From the NCBI GenBank assembly GCA_038153405.1, contig JAYOYH010000010.1, positions 1-64,000 on the forward strand: 64,000 nucleotides of DNA. The letters run 5' to 3'. The translations under genes and the position numbers were made by a program. Below the pieces are notes generated by a model. That model was not told the origin of the DNA, did not search any database, and was given only the letters and a program-made list of their open reading frames with translations. How positions within the stretch are numbered: the stretch's first letter is position 1; every line of letters begins with the position of its first letter. The stretch comes from Gemmatimonadota bacterium. Lineage in GTDB: Bacteria; Latescibacterota; UBA2968; UBA8231. Positions 9,934-19,464 of the stretch are shown here, one piece after another.

Positions 9934-12431
9934 CAGTAGACCACGTAAACGGGCACCGCAGCGCCCAGTCCCTCGTCGGCGTCTGCGGCAAAGTGAACGC
10001 GCAGCACATAGACCCCCGGCACTACAACGCTTCCGCCTTCGTCGCGCCCGTCCCACTGCAGGGCGTGCTCACCGCTGGCATTTGCTCGCTCAAAAGACAG
10101 GTCGCGCACCTGGCGGCCAGCCAAATCGTAGACGCTGACGGCAAAGTGCACGGCACCCGTCAAACGGTATACGGTAAACGAAACCTGCGCCGCGTCGTTT
10201 ATGCCGTCTCCGTTGGGCGTAACTACTCCGGGTACAGCCCGCAGTCCCGATAGGAGAGGTGCTTTGAGCAGGTCGGTTACCACGACCATCGACTGACTCC
10301 CCGCTAGGCTGCTGGCATCCCCGTCGCTGGCCACCTGCACTGTGCCGGGCAGCCCGCTGTTGGCTAGATCTACGTAAAAGGTCGTGCTGTTTAGAAAAAC
10401 GCGGGTGCGAAAAGTAATCGCGTAGAGGGTAGCCCCGCGCCGGGCCACCTGCGGCAGCGCGAGCTCGAAGTAGCCTGGCCCCTCCGCGCTGAGCGACCAC
10501 GGTCCCGGCCACAGCTGCTGGCCAGCACCAAAGCGCAGCGACGCCTCGCTGCCGGAGCGAACGGATACCAACTGCAAGCTGGCCGAAGAACTGGCGCGCA
10601 CTTTGAGGCGATCAAATCCTGGATCGCCGCCGCCAAAGGTCGGCAGCACATACACCGTAAACTCCGCTTCGCTACCCGCCTCAATGCCGCGCACCGGCCA
10701 AACTTCGGCAAATAGCTGGTCGACCAGCGGCGCGCTAAAGCGAAGCTGCACGCTGCGCAGGGCCGTAGCGCGCAGCGGATCCACGCTGCGCAACCGCGCC
10801 TGTACTTGTACCATGCGGCGGGGATTGGGCGAGCGAAAGGCGTCGCCGCTGCCCGCATACAGCTCGCTCCAATTGCTCCACTTGGGGCCGATTAATTCGT
10901 TGACGACGACCGGTCCACGGTGTTCCTGATTGCGGATATTAACCCAGCGCTCTTCGCTAATCTCGCGTCCGTAGCGGTCGTAATAGTGCGCATCTTCTAT
11001 GATGTCATCGCCCGAACGAGTGCGCACTTCTAGCCGCGCACCGGGCGGAATATCGGCATCCCACTCCAAGCTGGAGAATATCTGCGCGCGCGCTAGCTTG
11101 ATCAGCGGCGACGTCATCACTACGTCCGACACGTAGCCCTCTCCATAGGCCTGCACTTCGCTCAGCGTCGCCTTTTCTGCAGTCGAACCAACCAACTCCA
11201 AGCGACGCAGCTCGATGTGCTGGACTTCCTGTGGGATAAACTGCTCTTCCAATTGCACAAACGAGTTGGGATTAAAGCGCTCGTCAAATTCCTTCCACAC
11301 CAATTCCCCCGACGGATCCAGCCCGCCGTCCGATATGCGAATCTGATAGGCTACCGGCGGATTTTCCGGACTGATTAACCGCACGCGATCCAACCAGTAT
11401 TTGGCACCTAGGTCTATTTCCAACTGGTTTTCGTTTTTGAGAGGATCGTAGACGCGCAGATCAAACGAGGACATGTGCAGCCCGTCGGTAAGCTGGCGGC
11501 GCAGGAGATTGCCAAAGAGCGTCTGGTCCTGGAACAGTTCCCGCTGCGTGAGCGCTACCACGTTGTCTCCCAGCTCAACCACCTCGACTTCAGCGAGGCG
11601 CGGCCGCTCGCGGCGGTAGTAGCGCACCGGTCCGCGATCCACCTCGGGCAATAGCGCATAGGTATCGGGCAATACGGCAATTTCACGCCCGGCAGCCGTC
11701 ACCCGAAAGTAGTCGATCGCCCCCCGATCCTCATCCCCGAGCGCATCGTACTCTTCCTTGCCCACCTCGGCGCCGCGCGCGTTATCGCTGTCGAGCGCAT
11801 CAATGCGCACAAACTGGGTAACGGCACCTTCAACTCCACTAGGAGCGGGTCGCAGCGGTGCCACATCAAAGGAAAACTCGCGCTGGTCTTTATTGCGGAA
11901 GTTCACCTGTCCTACGCGCAAAAACTGGCGCCGATTGTCGCTGCCAAAAGCCTGGCGTCCATCGGAAATCATAACGCGAAATTTGAGAAAGGGATCGCCC
12001 ATACCCTCTTCGACAAAGCGCACGACGATGCGCTTGGCAATGACCGTGCGCCCGAGGTCGACTTCGACGTACCAGCGCTCGACCTCGTCGGCGCTGTCGG
12101 GCTCCCAGTACGTGTTGATATCGCCGTCGATGACGTGAGCCGCGTCGACAACGTTGCTTCCCGCGGCACTCACGCCCCCATACAGCGTGTCCTCCTCGGC
12201 ATTGACGCGAAAAAATTGGTCGGCATTGCGCACGGCATTGGTCTCCGAGCGCAAATAGCGCGGTCGCACGGTGCCGGTGTCATCGATCTGGCGCACGCCT
12301 AGGGGCGACTCCCAAACCTGCCACTGGTCCGCTCCTTCGATGACTACGCGATTCGACTCCAACCGATAGCCTTCTTGTGCATGCACCCAGCTGGCCGCGC
12401 AGAGGGCGAGCAATAGCCAACGCGGCGCCAT
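9933..12431 (-). CDS. Secreted two-discoidin-domain protein with FlgD-Ig/CHU_C-like C-terminal domain
   Basis: Signal peptide VHA-Q; IDGDINTYWEP...VDLGRTV (F5/8 type C-like) and a second IDLGAKYWLDRVRL unit; C-terminus TPNGDGIND...WDGRD...VYVVY. Closest to 33160-36501. Confidence 0.75.
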   Translation of the reverse strand: MAPRWLLLALCAASWVHAQEGYRLESNRVVIEGADQWQVWESPLGVRQIDDTGTVRPRYLRSETNAVRNADQFFRVNAEEDTLYGGVSAAGSNVVDAAHVIDGDINTYWEPDSADEVERWYVEVDLGRTVIAKRIVVRFVEEGMGDPFLKFRVMISDGRQAFGSDNRRQFLRVGQVNFRNKDQREFSFDVAPLRPAPSGVEGAVTQFVRIDALDSDNARGAEVGKEEYDALGDEDRGAIDYFRVTAAGREIAVLPDTYALLPEVDRGPVRYYRRERPRLAEVEVVELGDNVVALTQRELFQDQTLFGNLLRRQLTDGLHMSSFDLRVYDPLKNENQLEIDLGAKYWLDRVRLISPENPPVAYQIRISDGGLDPSGELVWKEFDERFNPNSFVQLEEQFIPQEVQHIELRRLELVGSTAEKATLSEVQAYGEGYVSDVVMTSPLIKLARAQIFSSLEWDADIPPGARLEVRTRSGDDIIEDAHYYDRYGREISEERWVNIRNQEHRGPVVVNELIGPKWSNWSELYAGSGDAFRSPNPRRMVQVQARLRSVDPLRATALRSVQLRFSAPLVDQLFAEVWPVRGIEAGSEAEFTVYVLPTFGGGDPGFDRLKVRASSSASLQLVSVRSGSEASLRFGAGQQLWPGPWSLSAEGPGYFELALPQVARRGATLYAITFRTRVFLNSTTFYVDLANSGLPGTVQVASDGDASSLAGSQSMVVVTDLLKAPLLSGLRAVPGVVTPNGDGINDAAQVSFTVYRLTGAVHFAVSVYDLAGRQVRDLSFERANASGEHALQWDGRDEGGSVVVPGVYVLRVHFAADADEGLGAAVPVYVVY

Positions 12432-14305
12432 TAGTAGACGACTCCCAGGGTACCCTCGCGCTCGACCGGGCCACCATCAACGTCGATCGATAGCCTGTAC
12501 ACGTAGATGCCGGGCGCGGCGAGCAGCCCCGTGGCATCGCGGCCGTCCCAGCGATAGGACTGGTCGCCGTTTAGCTGGAAGCCGCCGTCTATACGCCGCA
12601 ACAAACGGCCGTCCAGCGCGTAGATATCGAGGTGCGAAGCGGCCGACTGCGTCAGTTTGAGCAGGGCATAGCGCAGTTCAAAAACATCGTTTATACCATC
12701 CCCGTTGGGCGAAAACACATTGACCTTTGCTCCTACCCCGTCCAGCAGCGGCAGGCGTCCTTCACTGCTGGCCAAGCGCACGATTAGACTGCCCCCGAGC
12801 GACAGTGGTTCGACGTCGCCTTCCTGCGCCGATTGGTGCACGGTGAGCAATTCGCCCTCTATCAGACGACGGTCACCGGCCTGCACATCAAAGCGCGTCG
12901 CATCGCGAAATACGGTCCCGCGCAGAACGACCTGTATAAACGTCCCATCCTGTAAAATCGATCGCCGTAGGCGGATCGTCGTGCCCTCTTCGGCATGGTA
13001 ATCAGCGGTGAACTCCACTTCGCGATCGTCGACTAACACCTTGTCTATCGCATCAATGCGCGCCGCTGTCTGTATGCGCAGACTTTGAAATCCCGTGTCG
13101 GCGTTGGGCAAGAGCGAACCGTCTGTACGCCAAATGCGCATGCGCGTCTGCAGCGATATGGTAAACTGAGTCTGCTGACCGGCTTCGACCACAAGCGGCG
13201 ATATTTCCGCTGCCAAGGCATCAGCAATGGGCGGGTTGAGGTACTCTATGACCAGGCGCTTTATCACTGTACCAGGTCCATTAATCTGCAGGCGAAACTG
13301 AATGTAGGGATGGTTGCTGGGCGAGCGCACCTGACCGTCTGTGACCGTCTCCCAAGGGGACCAATCGGGGTTGCGCAAAATAGGCCCCTGTTCAACGGAG
13401 TCGAGGCGAGTATACTGGGCCATGCTGACCCGCTCGCGGTCTCCACCAACCCCGGTATAGCGAAAGTAGTGCAGCGGTTCTCGGTCCGGCCCCGTGCGCG
13501 TCTGCACCGTCAGCGGCAGATCGGTGATGTCCCCTCCATCATAGCGCACCTTCCCCCACAGCGGACGCGGCCCTTCGGTGGCGAGGATGGGCACAGATAC
13601 ATACTCTCCGGCCACGCCGATTCCATCGCTATAGACCTCCAACTCGGCGATTTCCCACGGCTGATTTTCACGCACCTGCAGGCGTATGAAGCGCACGTTG
13701 CGACTCTCGAATATGCGCTCTACCACCGGTTGGCGATTGGGGTTTGAATTGAAGAAGTTGAACACCGATTCAAACGGCCGTTCGAGTAAGTTGCCCGTCT
13801 CGACTTCACCCTCGTCGCCCAACCCCCCATTGGTCGACAGGCTAAAAGAGCGCGGAAAGAGCGTCTTGTGCTCGGGATCCTGGCGCGGGTAGAGCCGTAT
13901 GCGATCGACGCGGAAGGTCGCTCCCAAATCGATGTAAAACGTCGAGGTGCGCTCGACGCCGTAGCGCGCGGCAAAATCGTCTGGATTAAACGCCGTTGAA
14001 TCCACCCCGTCGAACATCACCTCGGCACCGGCGATAAACGTCGCCACGCCTCCGCTGCCGCCCGGCACCAGCACATACCCTGCACGCTCGGGCGTAGCCG
14101 GCGCCAAGTTGCTGTTGGGCTGCACATCCCACGTCCAGATTGAATCGGCGCGAATGGCCAAAAAGCGCGCCTCGGATACGCCCTGGTTCCAGCGCGCAAT
14201 GCTGGCGCGCCAGCCCACGCCCAGCGAGTCGACAGCACGCACAGGCGCGACGGCGCCCCACAGGCAGCACAAACTGACCACACCCCAAACGAGTAATCGC
14301 GTCAT
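12431..14305 (-). CDS. Secreted discoidin-like protein with FlgD-Ig/CHU_C-like C-terminal domain
   Basis: Start reassigned to ATG 14305 (MTRLLVWGVVSL..., GAGG upstream, signal peptide). MFDGVDSTAF, IDLGATFRVDRIRLYPR, WEIAELEVY; SPNGDGIND...LGVVY. TAATG overlap with the next gene. Confidence 0.75.
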   Translation of the reverse strand: MTRLLVWGVVSLCCLWGAVAPVRAVDSLGVGWRASIARWNQGVSEARFLAIRADSIWTWDVQPNSNLAPATPERAGYVLVPGGSGGVATFIAGAEVMFDGVDSTAFNPDDFAARYGVERTSTFYIDLGATFRVDRIRLYPRQDPEHKTLFPRSFSLSTNGGLGDEGEVETGNLLERPFESVFNFFNSNPNRQPVVERIFESRNVRFIRLQVRENQPWEIAELEVYSDGIGVAGEYVSVPILATEGPRPLWGKVRYDGGDITDLPLTVQTRTGPDREPLHYFRYTGVGGDRERVSMAQYTRLDSVEQGPILRNPDWSPWETVTDGQVRSPSNHPYIQFRLQINGPGTVIKRLVIEYLNPPIADALAAEISPLVVEAGQQTQFTISLQTRMRIWRTDGSLLPNADTGFQSLRIQTAARIDAIDKVLVDDREVEFTADYHAEEGTTIRLRRSILQDGTFIQVVLRGTVFRDATRFDVQAGDRRLIEGELLTVHQSAQEGDVEPLSLGGSLIVRLASSEGRLPLLDGVGAKVNVFSPNGDGINDVFELRYALLKLTQSAASHLDIYALDGRLLRRIDGGFQLNGDQSYRWDGRDATGLLAAPGIYVYRLSIDVDGGPVEREGTLGVVY

Positions 14306-14514
14306 CGCCTCAATTGTCTTTGCTCGCGCCCCGTTGCCTAGCGCCAACCCCATGCTATTTGCCTTGTAAATGAACGAGTTAAATAAACGGCATAGGGCGA
14401 CATTTTCAAATAATTCCACCCGTTGAAAGCCATTCAAAAGACGCACTGACCTTCCGTTCGGTCATACAAATAAGCTCGCAAATCCAATTGTGGGGAACGG
14501 CCTTTTTTCTTAGT

Positions 14515-14543
14515 TTGTACCTTCGTATTGTAATGTATACACT
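14515..14543 (+). promoter_or_regulatory. Possible sigma70-type promoter for 14580-17249
   Basis: TTGTAC (14515-14520), 17 nt, TACACT (14538-14543) in the AT-rich divergent intergenic region; imperfect consensus. Confidence 0.4.
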
Positions 14544-14579
14544 AGATCCTACCTTGACGAGAAGACCTGGAGCGGACAC

Positions 14580-17249
14580 ATGATTCGACTTTTCGCTTTG
14601 GCGCTGGCCACTACGTGCCTTCTGAGCTCTTCCATCGGCGCGGAAATCCGCAGTTGGCGCATTGGTGACGCCGAACATCCGTGGACGCTCAGACCTGTAT
14701 CTGGGGACATTGACTTGGGCAGGGGCTGGGGCGTTGAACTCCTTGCCGACGACGACGGCGACGGGCTCATTGACGAAGACCCCGTGGAGTTAATAGACAA
14801 CGACGGCGATGCCCTCATAAACGAGGATCCCGTCGACCCACAGGTCGACAACGACGGCGACGGTCTATTTGGCGAAGATCCGGTAAACAATCTCGACGAC
14901 GATGGCGATGGCCAGATCGACGAGGATCCAGTAGAGGCCTTTGACAACGACAACGATGGGCTGATCGACGAAGACGGTCCCGATCCACAAATCGACAACG
15001 ACAACGATGGGCTTTTCGGTGAAGACGGTCTCTATACCGACTTTGACGACGACTATGACGGCGTGCAGAACGAAGACCCGCGCAACGGAATCGACGACGA
15101 CGGCGATGGACTGATCGACGAAGACGGTCCCCTCCCCCAACACAGCACCGCCGACAACCAAACCCTCTGGCTGCGCCCCGTTCGGCTGGACAGCCTGCGC
15201 AACCTCGCCTATCTGGTCAACCAGCGCTTTATCGCCGGCGAATTCGGCGGTATTGTCCCGGGCAAAGCCCCCGGTCGTCCCTTTATGGTCGTTCCCAGCG
15301 AATACGGTTACCGCAACGAAACCGCTGATCCCATCTCGCCAGACTATTGGTCGGTCTCCGCCCAAATCGGTCGCACCGATGCGACCCTGATGGTCGATAG
15401 TAATTTGAGTACGGCCTATGGATCCGCCCTGATCAACCGCGGAGGCGTGGGCGTCAATCTGATGGGCTTTTACTACATCAACCGGATCGTGTTCCGCCCG
15501 CGCCCGACGCTGCCCGATGCGACCATTGCCAACTACTACATTCGCGCCGGCGGCCCTCAGTCGGTCAACGAGCGCGTGCAGAGCATTCAGCCCGATCGCT
15601 TGATCGTGCCGACGGTGCGCGGCGAGTACAATCCGACCGTCAAGGACCTTCACTTTGATCCACCCCACCTGTTGGGGCGCATTGACATCGTGTCGATCGA
15701 TCCCAACGGAACCCGCATCGAAACGGCCGAAGCGCAGTTTTACGGGAAGGGATTTGCCACAGATGCCATTTTCACCTCGGAAGTCATTGATGTGGGCACA
15801 CCGACCCCGCGCGTCCGGCGCTACGACCGCGAAATCGAGCAGTTTTCGTCATCGGAAGAATCGGCCTACCTCGGCCAATTTGCCGTCGATACGCCCGGCG
15901 ATATCGTCAACTGGGGCCGCGTGCGTTGGCGCGGGCGTCGCATCGGCGACGACGGCAACGTGCGCATCCAATTCCGCGTAGGCAATACGCTGGACCCGCG
16001 CCTGTACGCGCGGCGCCTAGGTCCCGGGCTGAGTGACACGCGCGACGCCGACGGCAATATGCTCGATCTGTTTTCTTGGATCAAGCTAAGCGACGGACGC
16101 ATTGACGAGCGCGAGCTGCAGTACAACGAGCTCGGCGCCAATCTGGGCGAGGACGGCACCGACGGCTGGAGCTACTGGTCTGCTCCTTTCAAATTCGAGG
16201 ACGGCCTTATTGACGACACCCTCCCCCCCGAACAGTGGAGTGCGACCGGCGTTCAGCTACCTCTGCCAGGCGGTACGCGCTACATACAGTTTCGCATTTT
16301 CTTCGACAGCACGGTAGAAAGTGCGATTCAGCTGGATTTTCTCGAATTCGATTACGACAGCCCTCTGGTAGACGGCGGCGTCGTGGCCGAAATCTTTCCG
16401 TCCCAAGTGCCTCTAGGCGAAGAAACGTCGTTTCGCTATTTCTTGCGGCCGCTTTTCAGCGCCAGCGAAGAGAACAGCTTCAATCGAATAGAAATTGCCG
16501 TTCCCTCCATCGATACGCGCATTGATACGCTGTTTTTTGACGGACAAAGGTGGACTGAGATCGAAGCTCCTGCAACGGACGCGGCGGATCCGCTCGCTAC
16601 CCTGCAGGTCAGCCGCCTCGCACCAGCGTCCGATGGGGCCGACTCTCTAGGCCAGTTTGCCCAGAGCATCGTGATCGATCCCGTCACGCAGACTCCTAAG
16701 CTACTCATTAAGCTGCCCTCTATGCGCGCGCGCGACTTCCAGTTTGGTCAGAATATAGAGATCGTCTTCCGCTCTAAGCTGTTTCGCGGGTCGAAGGAGT
16801 TTACCAGCACCGTGTGGAACGATAAGGGGGGCGCGCAGGAAGAGTCGATACCGCAGCCCACTCAAGGCGGAGACGCAACGCCGGACGTAGCGACAAATGC
16901 GGTTTTGGTCGTGGTGGATGAAATCGGGCAACTGCTCGAAACGCCCAACGTGCTGCCCAACCCCTTTACCCCCAACGGCGACGGGATCAACGACGAGGTA
17001 GTATTCTCATTCGATCTATTTCTAGTCCTCGACCAAATCGATATCGAATTGGGCATTTACGATCTCTCCGGACAACTGGTGCGCCGTTTGGACGCGATAG
17101 ATCGCAGCGCAGGCAATATCCAAGTGCGCTGGGACGGCAACGATGCCAACGGCGCCAGAGCGACGCCCGGTATCTATCTCTACTATCTGAAGGTCGGCAG
17201 CGACGATGAGTCAAGCGAATATTCGGGAACGATTTCGCTAGTCTACTAA
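14580..17249 (+). CDS. Secreted discoidin-like protein with N-terminal Asp-rich repeats and FlgD-Ig/CHU_C-like C-terminal domain
   Basis: SD GGAG, signal peptide; eight D[DN]DxDx(3-4)ED repeats; INRIVFRPR, YIQFRIFF; PNPFTPNGDGIND...WDGND...ISLVY. Confidence 0.8.
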   Translation: MIRLFALALATTCLLSSSIGAEIRSWRIGDAEHPWTLRPVSGDIDLGRGWGVELLADDDGDGLIDEDPVELIDNDGDALINEDPVDPQVDNDGDGLFGEDPVNNLDDDGDGQIDEDPVEAFDNDNDGLIDEDGPDPQIDNDNDGLFGEDGLYTDFDDDYDGVQNEDPRNGIDDDGDGLIDEDGPLPQHSTADNQTLWLRPVRLDSLRNLAYLVNQRFIAGEFGGIVPGKAPGRPFMVVPSEYGYRNETADPISPDYWSVSAQIGRTDATLMVDSNLSTAYGSALINRGGVGVNLMGFYYINRIVFRPRPTLPDATIANYYIRAGGPQSVNERVQSIQPDRLIVPTVRGEYNPTVKDLHFDPPHLLGRIDIVSIDPNGTRIETAEAQFYGKGFATDAIFTSEVIDVGTPTPRVRRYDREIEQFSSSEESAYLGQFAVDTPGDIVNWGRVRWRGRRIGDDGNVRIQFRVGNTLDPRLYARRLGPGLSDTRDADGNMLDLFSWIKLSDGRIDERELQYNELGANLGEDGTDGWSYWSAPFKFEDGLIDDTLPPEQWSATGVQLPLPGGTRYIQFRIFFDSTVESAIQLDFLEFDYDSPLVDGGVVAEIFPSQVPLGEETSFRYFLRPLFSASEENSFNRIEIAVPSIDTRIDTLFFDGQRWTEIEAPATDAADPLATLQVSRLAPASDGADSLGQFAQSIVIDPVTQTPKLLIKLPSMRARDFQFGQNIEIVFRSKLFRGSKEFTSTVWNDKGGAQEESIPQPTQGGDATPDVATNAVLVVVDEIGQLLETPNVLPNPFTPNGDGINDEVVFSFDLFLVLDQIDIELGIYDLSGQLVRRLDAIDRSAGNIQVRWDGNDANGARATPGIYLYYLKVGSDDESSEYSGTISLVY
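14748..15128 (+). repeat. Eight tandem 16-17 aa acidic coding repeats (consensus DxDGDGLIDEDP)
   Basis: DDDGDGLIDEDP, DNDGDALINEDP, DNDGDGLFGEDP, DDDGDGQIDEDP, DNDNDGLIDEDG, DNDNDGLFGEDG, DDDYDGVQNEDP, DDDGDGLIDEDG; degenerate at DNA level. Confidence 0.9.
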
Positions 17250-17275
17250 AGGCGCGCCACATCGGGTCTAACACC

Positions 17276-17313
17276 TTCGGGGGCGAGGCATGATCTCGCC
17301 CCCGAATTCTTTT
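17276..17313 (+). terminator. Intrinsic terminator after 14580-17249
   Basis: Perfect 12-bp stem TTCGGGGGCGAG / CTCGCCCCCGAA, 7-nt loop, followed by TTCTTTT. Confidence 0.75.
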
Positions 17314-17325
17314 ATCTATCATTCC

Positions 17326-19443
17326 ATGTCCGCATTGCGCACCAACTCATTCCTCGCATTCTCTCTGCTCGGCGCGCTGATCTTGCGACTCATCTTTGTG
17401 TGGGAGTCCAGCGCCAACCCATTTTTTGATGCGCCCATAGTCGATGCACAGACGTTTCTCCGGCAGGCGCAGAGCATTGCGGCAGGCGACCTCTGGGGCG
17501 GCAGCGAACCCTTCTGGCAACCCCCTCTGTACATATACGTACTGGCGTTTATTTGCTGGCTGTTTCCCAGCGATTACTTCGTCGCCATGCGCCTACTGCA
17601 AGCCGCGCTGGGCACCCTATCCTGCGGGCTCTTATACGCAATCGCAAAGCGCTGTTTCGACGAAAAAACTGCCCGCATCGCCAGCATCGGGGCAGTGCTG
17701 TGCGGCACTTTTATTTTTTTTGAGGGCGAGCTGCTCGCCGTTGCTCTTGAGATCTTTTTAAATCTCTTGGTGCTGCAGCGACTCATCGTCGCCGTCGAAA
17801 AACCAGCGTACACTCGCTGGGTTGCAGCCGGCCTACTCACTGGGCTAGCGGCTTTAACCCGTCCCAATATTCTGCTCTTCGTCGCCGCCTTTGCTCTGTG
17901 GTATTTTGCAACATCAATCCAAGACCCAAAGAGCAGATGGAAAACGTCTGTGCGACTACTCCTTCTAATTGGCTCTCTGTCGCTGCCGATCATACCCGTT
18001 ACCGCGCGCAACTACATCATGGAACCCGAGTTGGTGCTGATCTCGTCGAACGGCGGCATCAACTTCTACATCGGCAACAGCGGCCAGTATGAAGAAAAAG
18101 TCTCAATCCACCCAGGTATGCGCTGGGAAGAGATGGCCATGCTGCCCGTGCGCGCGGGCCATACCACCGCCGCGGCAAAGTCTGCCTATTTCTTCTCCCG
18201 TTCGTTTGAATACATTACGGCGCATCCACTCGAATACGCGCAAACACTCGTGCACAAACTATTCCTCTTTTTCAGCGGACCGGAAATAAAGCGCAATTTC
18301 GATATTTACTTTGCCCGCCAATACTCATATGTGCTCAGCGCACTGCTCTGGGACTATGCTCTGTCCTTTCCCTTTGGCCTGATCGGTCCCCTCTCTCTCA
18401 TTGGGCTGTATACAACCTGGCGCAGCCGGTCAATGAGCATATCCATTATCCGCCTATATGCCCTTACCTATGTGCTCTCTGTGGTACTTTTCTTTGTCGC
18501 AGCGCGCTACCGAATGCCGGTGTTGCCCATTCTCATTCTCTTTGCGTCCGTCGGCGGGCTCGGTATATATGGTAGGGTGCGCGAAGGCCTCGGATGGACT
18601 AGTAGTAAAATCCTTTGGATCTTCGCCGCGCTCATTCTCGTTTTCAACCTGCGCGCCGCAGCCGACCAGACGCGCGATGCGCAGCTGCAATTCGATCTGG
18701 GCGAAGTATATCTGCGCAAGGGCTCATACGAACTGGCCGCTGCACACGCACAGAAGGCTCTGCAATTGGAACCCACCTATAATTACGCACGTCATAACTT
18801 GGCCGTTGCCCTATTTAATCTGGGAGCGCTAGACCGAGCAATGGTCGAGGGCGAACAAACCGTGCGCGAAAATCCACAGCGGGCCGACACCCACGCGCTG
18901 CTCGGCCGCACCTATGCCAAACAGGGGGATTTCCAACGGGCAGAGCAGGCCTTTCTCCGCGCCTTAGACATTGATCCGAGCAGTGGAATAACGCATTATT
19001 ATTATGGGCGCTTTCTCTACCAGGCGCGTCGCTACGAACGCGCCAGCGCAGAGTTAACAAAAGCCGCTGCATGGAAGCCGAGCGATCCTTGGATTCACTA
19101 CGAACTCGGGCGCGCCCTGCACGGGACGGGCGATGCGGCCAATGCGCTAATTGCCTATGAGCGAGCCTGGTCCAGCGGGCAGCTAGCCGATGCGGCCAAT
19201 GCCATCGGCGCCGTTCACTTTGTTGCTGGACGCTTCCAACAGGCGCGCGCGTTTTTTTCGCGCGCCGCGCAGAAAGACCCGAACAGCCTCGACGCGCAGA
19301 TCAACCTATGTCTGCTCGACATTCAAGAAGGCCAAATCGACAGGGGTCTAAATGGCCTGCGATCGCTGTATGGGCAATTTCCTGAATCGCTGACCATTCG
19401 CCGCGCACTGCAGTCGGTCACTGGCAGCGCAGCGACTCCGTAA
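17326..19443 (+). CDS. GT-C fold membrane glycosyltransferase (PMT/ArnT-like) fused to C-terminal TPR repeats
   Basis: Multiple transmembrane segments with PIVDAQTF, FWQPPLY, GLAALTRPNILLF, NGGINFYIGN, ARYRMPV; TPR helices in the C-terminal third. ATG 17290 lies in the terminator loop, so in-frame ATG 17326 is preferred. Confidence 0.75.
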   Translation: MSALRTNSFLAFSLLGALILRLIFVWESSANPFFDAPIVDAQTFLRQAQSIAAGDLWGGSEPFWQPPLYIYVLAFICWLFPSDYFVAMRLLQAALGTLSCGLLYAIAKRCFDEKTARIASIGAVLCGTFIFFEGELLAVALEIFLNLLVLQRLIVAVEKPAYTRWVAAGLLTGLAALTRPNILLFVAAFALWYFATSIQDPKSRWKTSVRLLLLIGSLSLPIIPVTARNYIMEPELVLISSNGGINFYIGNSGQYEEKVSIHPGMRWEEMAMLPVRAGHTTAAAKSAYFFSRSFEYITAHPLEYAQTLVHKLFLFFSGPEIKRNFDIYFARQYSYVLSALLWDYALSFPFGLIGPLSLIGLYTTWRSRSMSISIIRLYALTYVLSVVLFFVAARYRMPVLPILILFASVGGLGIYGRVREGLGWTSSKILWIFAALILVFNLRAAADQTRDAQLQFDLGEVYLRKGSYELAAAHAQKALQLEPTYNYARHNLAVALFNLGALDRAMVEGEQTVRENPQRADTHALLGRTYAKQGDFQRAEQAFLRALDIDPSSGITHYYYGRFLYQARRYERASAELTKAAAWKPSDPWIHYELGRALHGTGDAANALIAYERAWSSGQLADAANAIGAVHFVAGRFQQARAFFSRAAQKDPNSLDAQINLCLLDIQEGQIDRGLNGLRSLYGQFPESLTIRRALQSVTGSAATP

Positions 19444-19464
19444 CGAATCGAGCCATCCATTTTT

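Noticed and set aside
14748..15128. Periodic ~50-nt repeats as a possible CRISPR array
   Set aside because: The repeats are in-frame, degenerate at synonymous positions and encode acidic peptide repeats; no cas genes are present.
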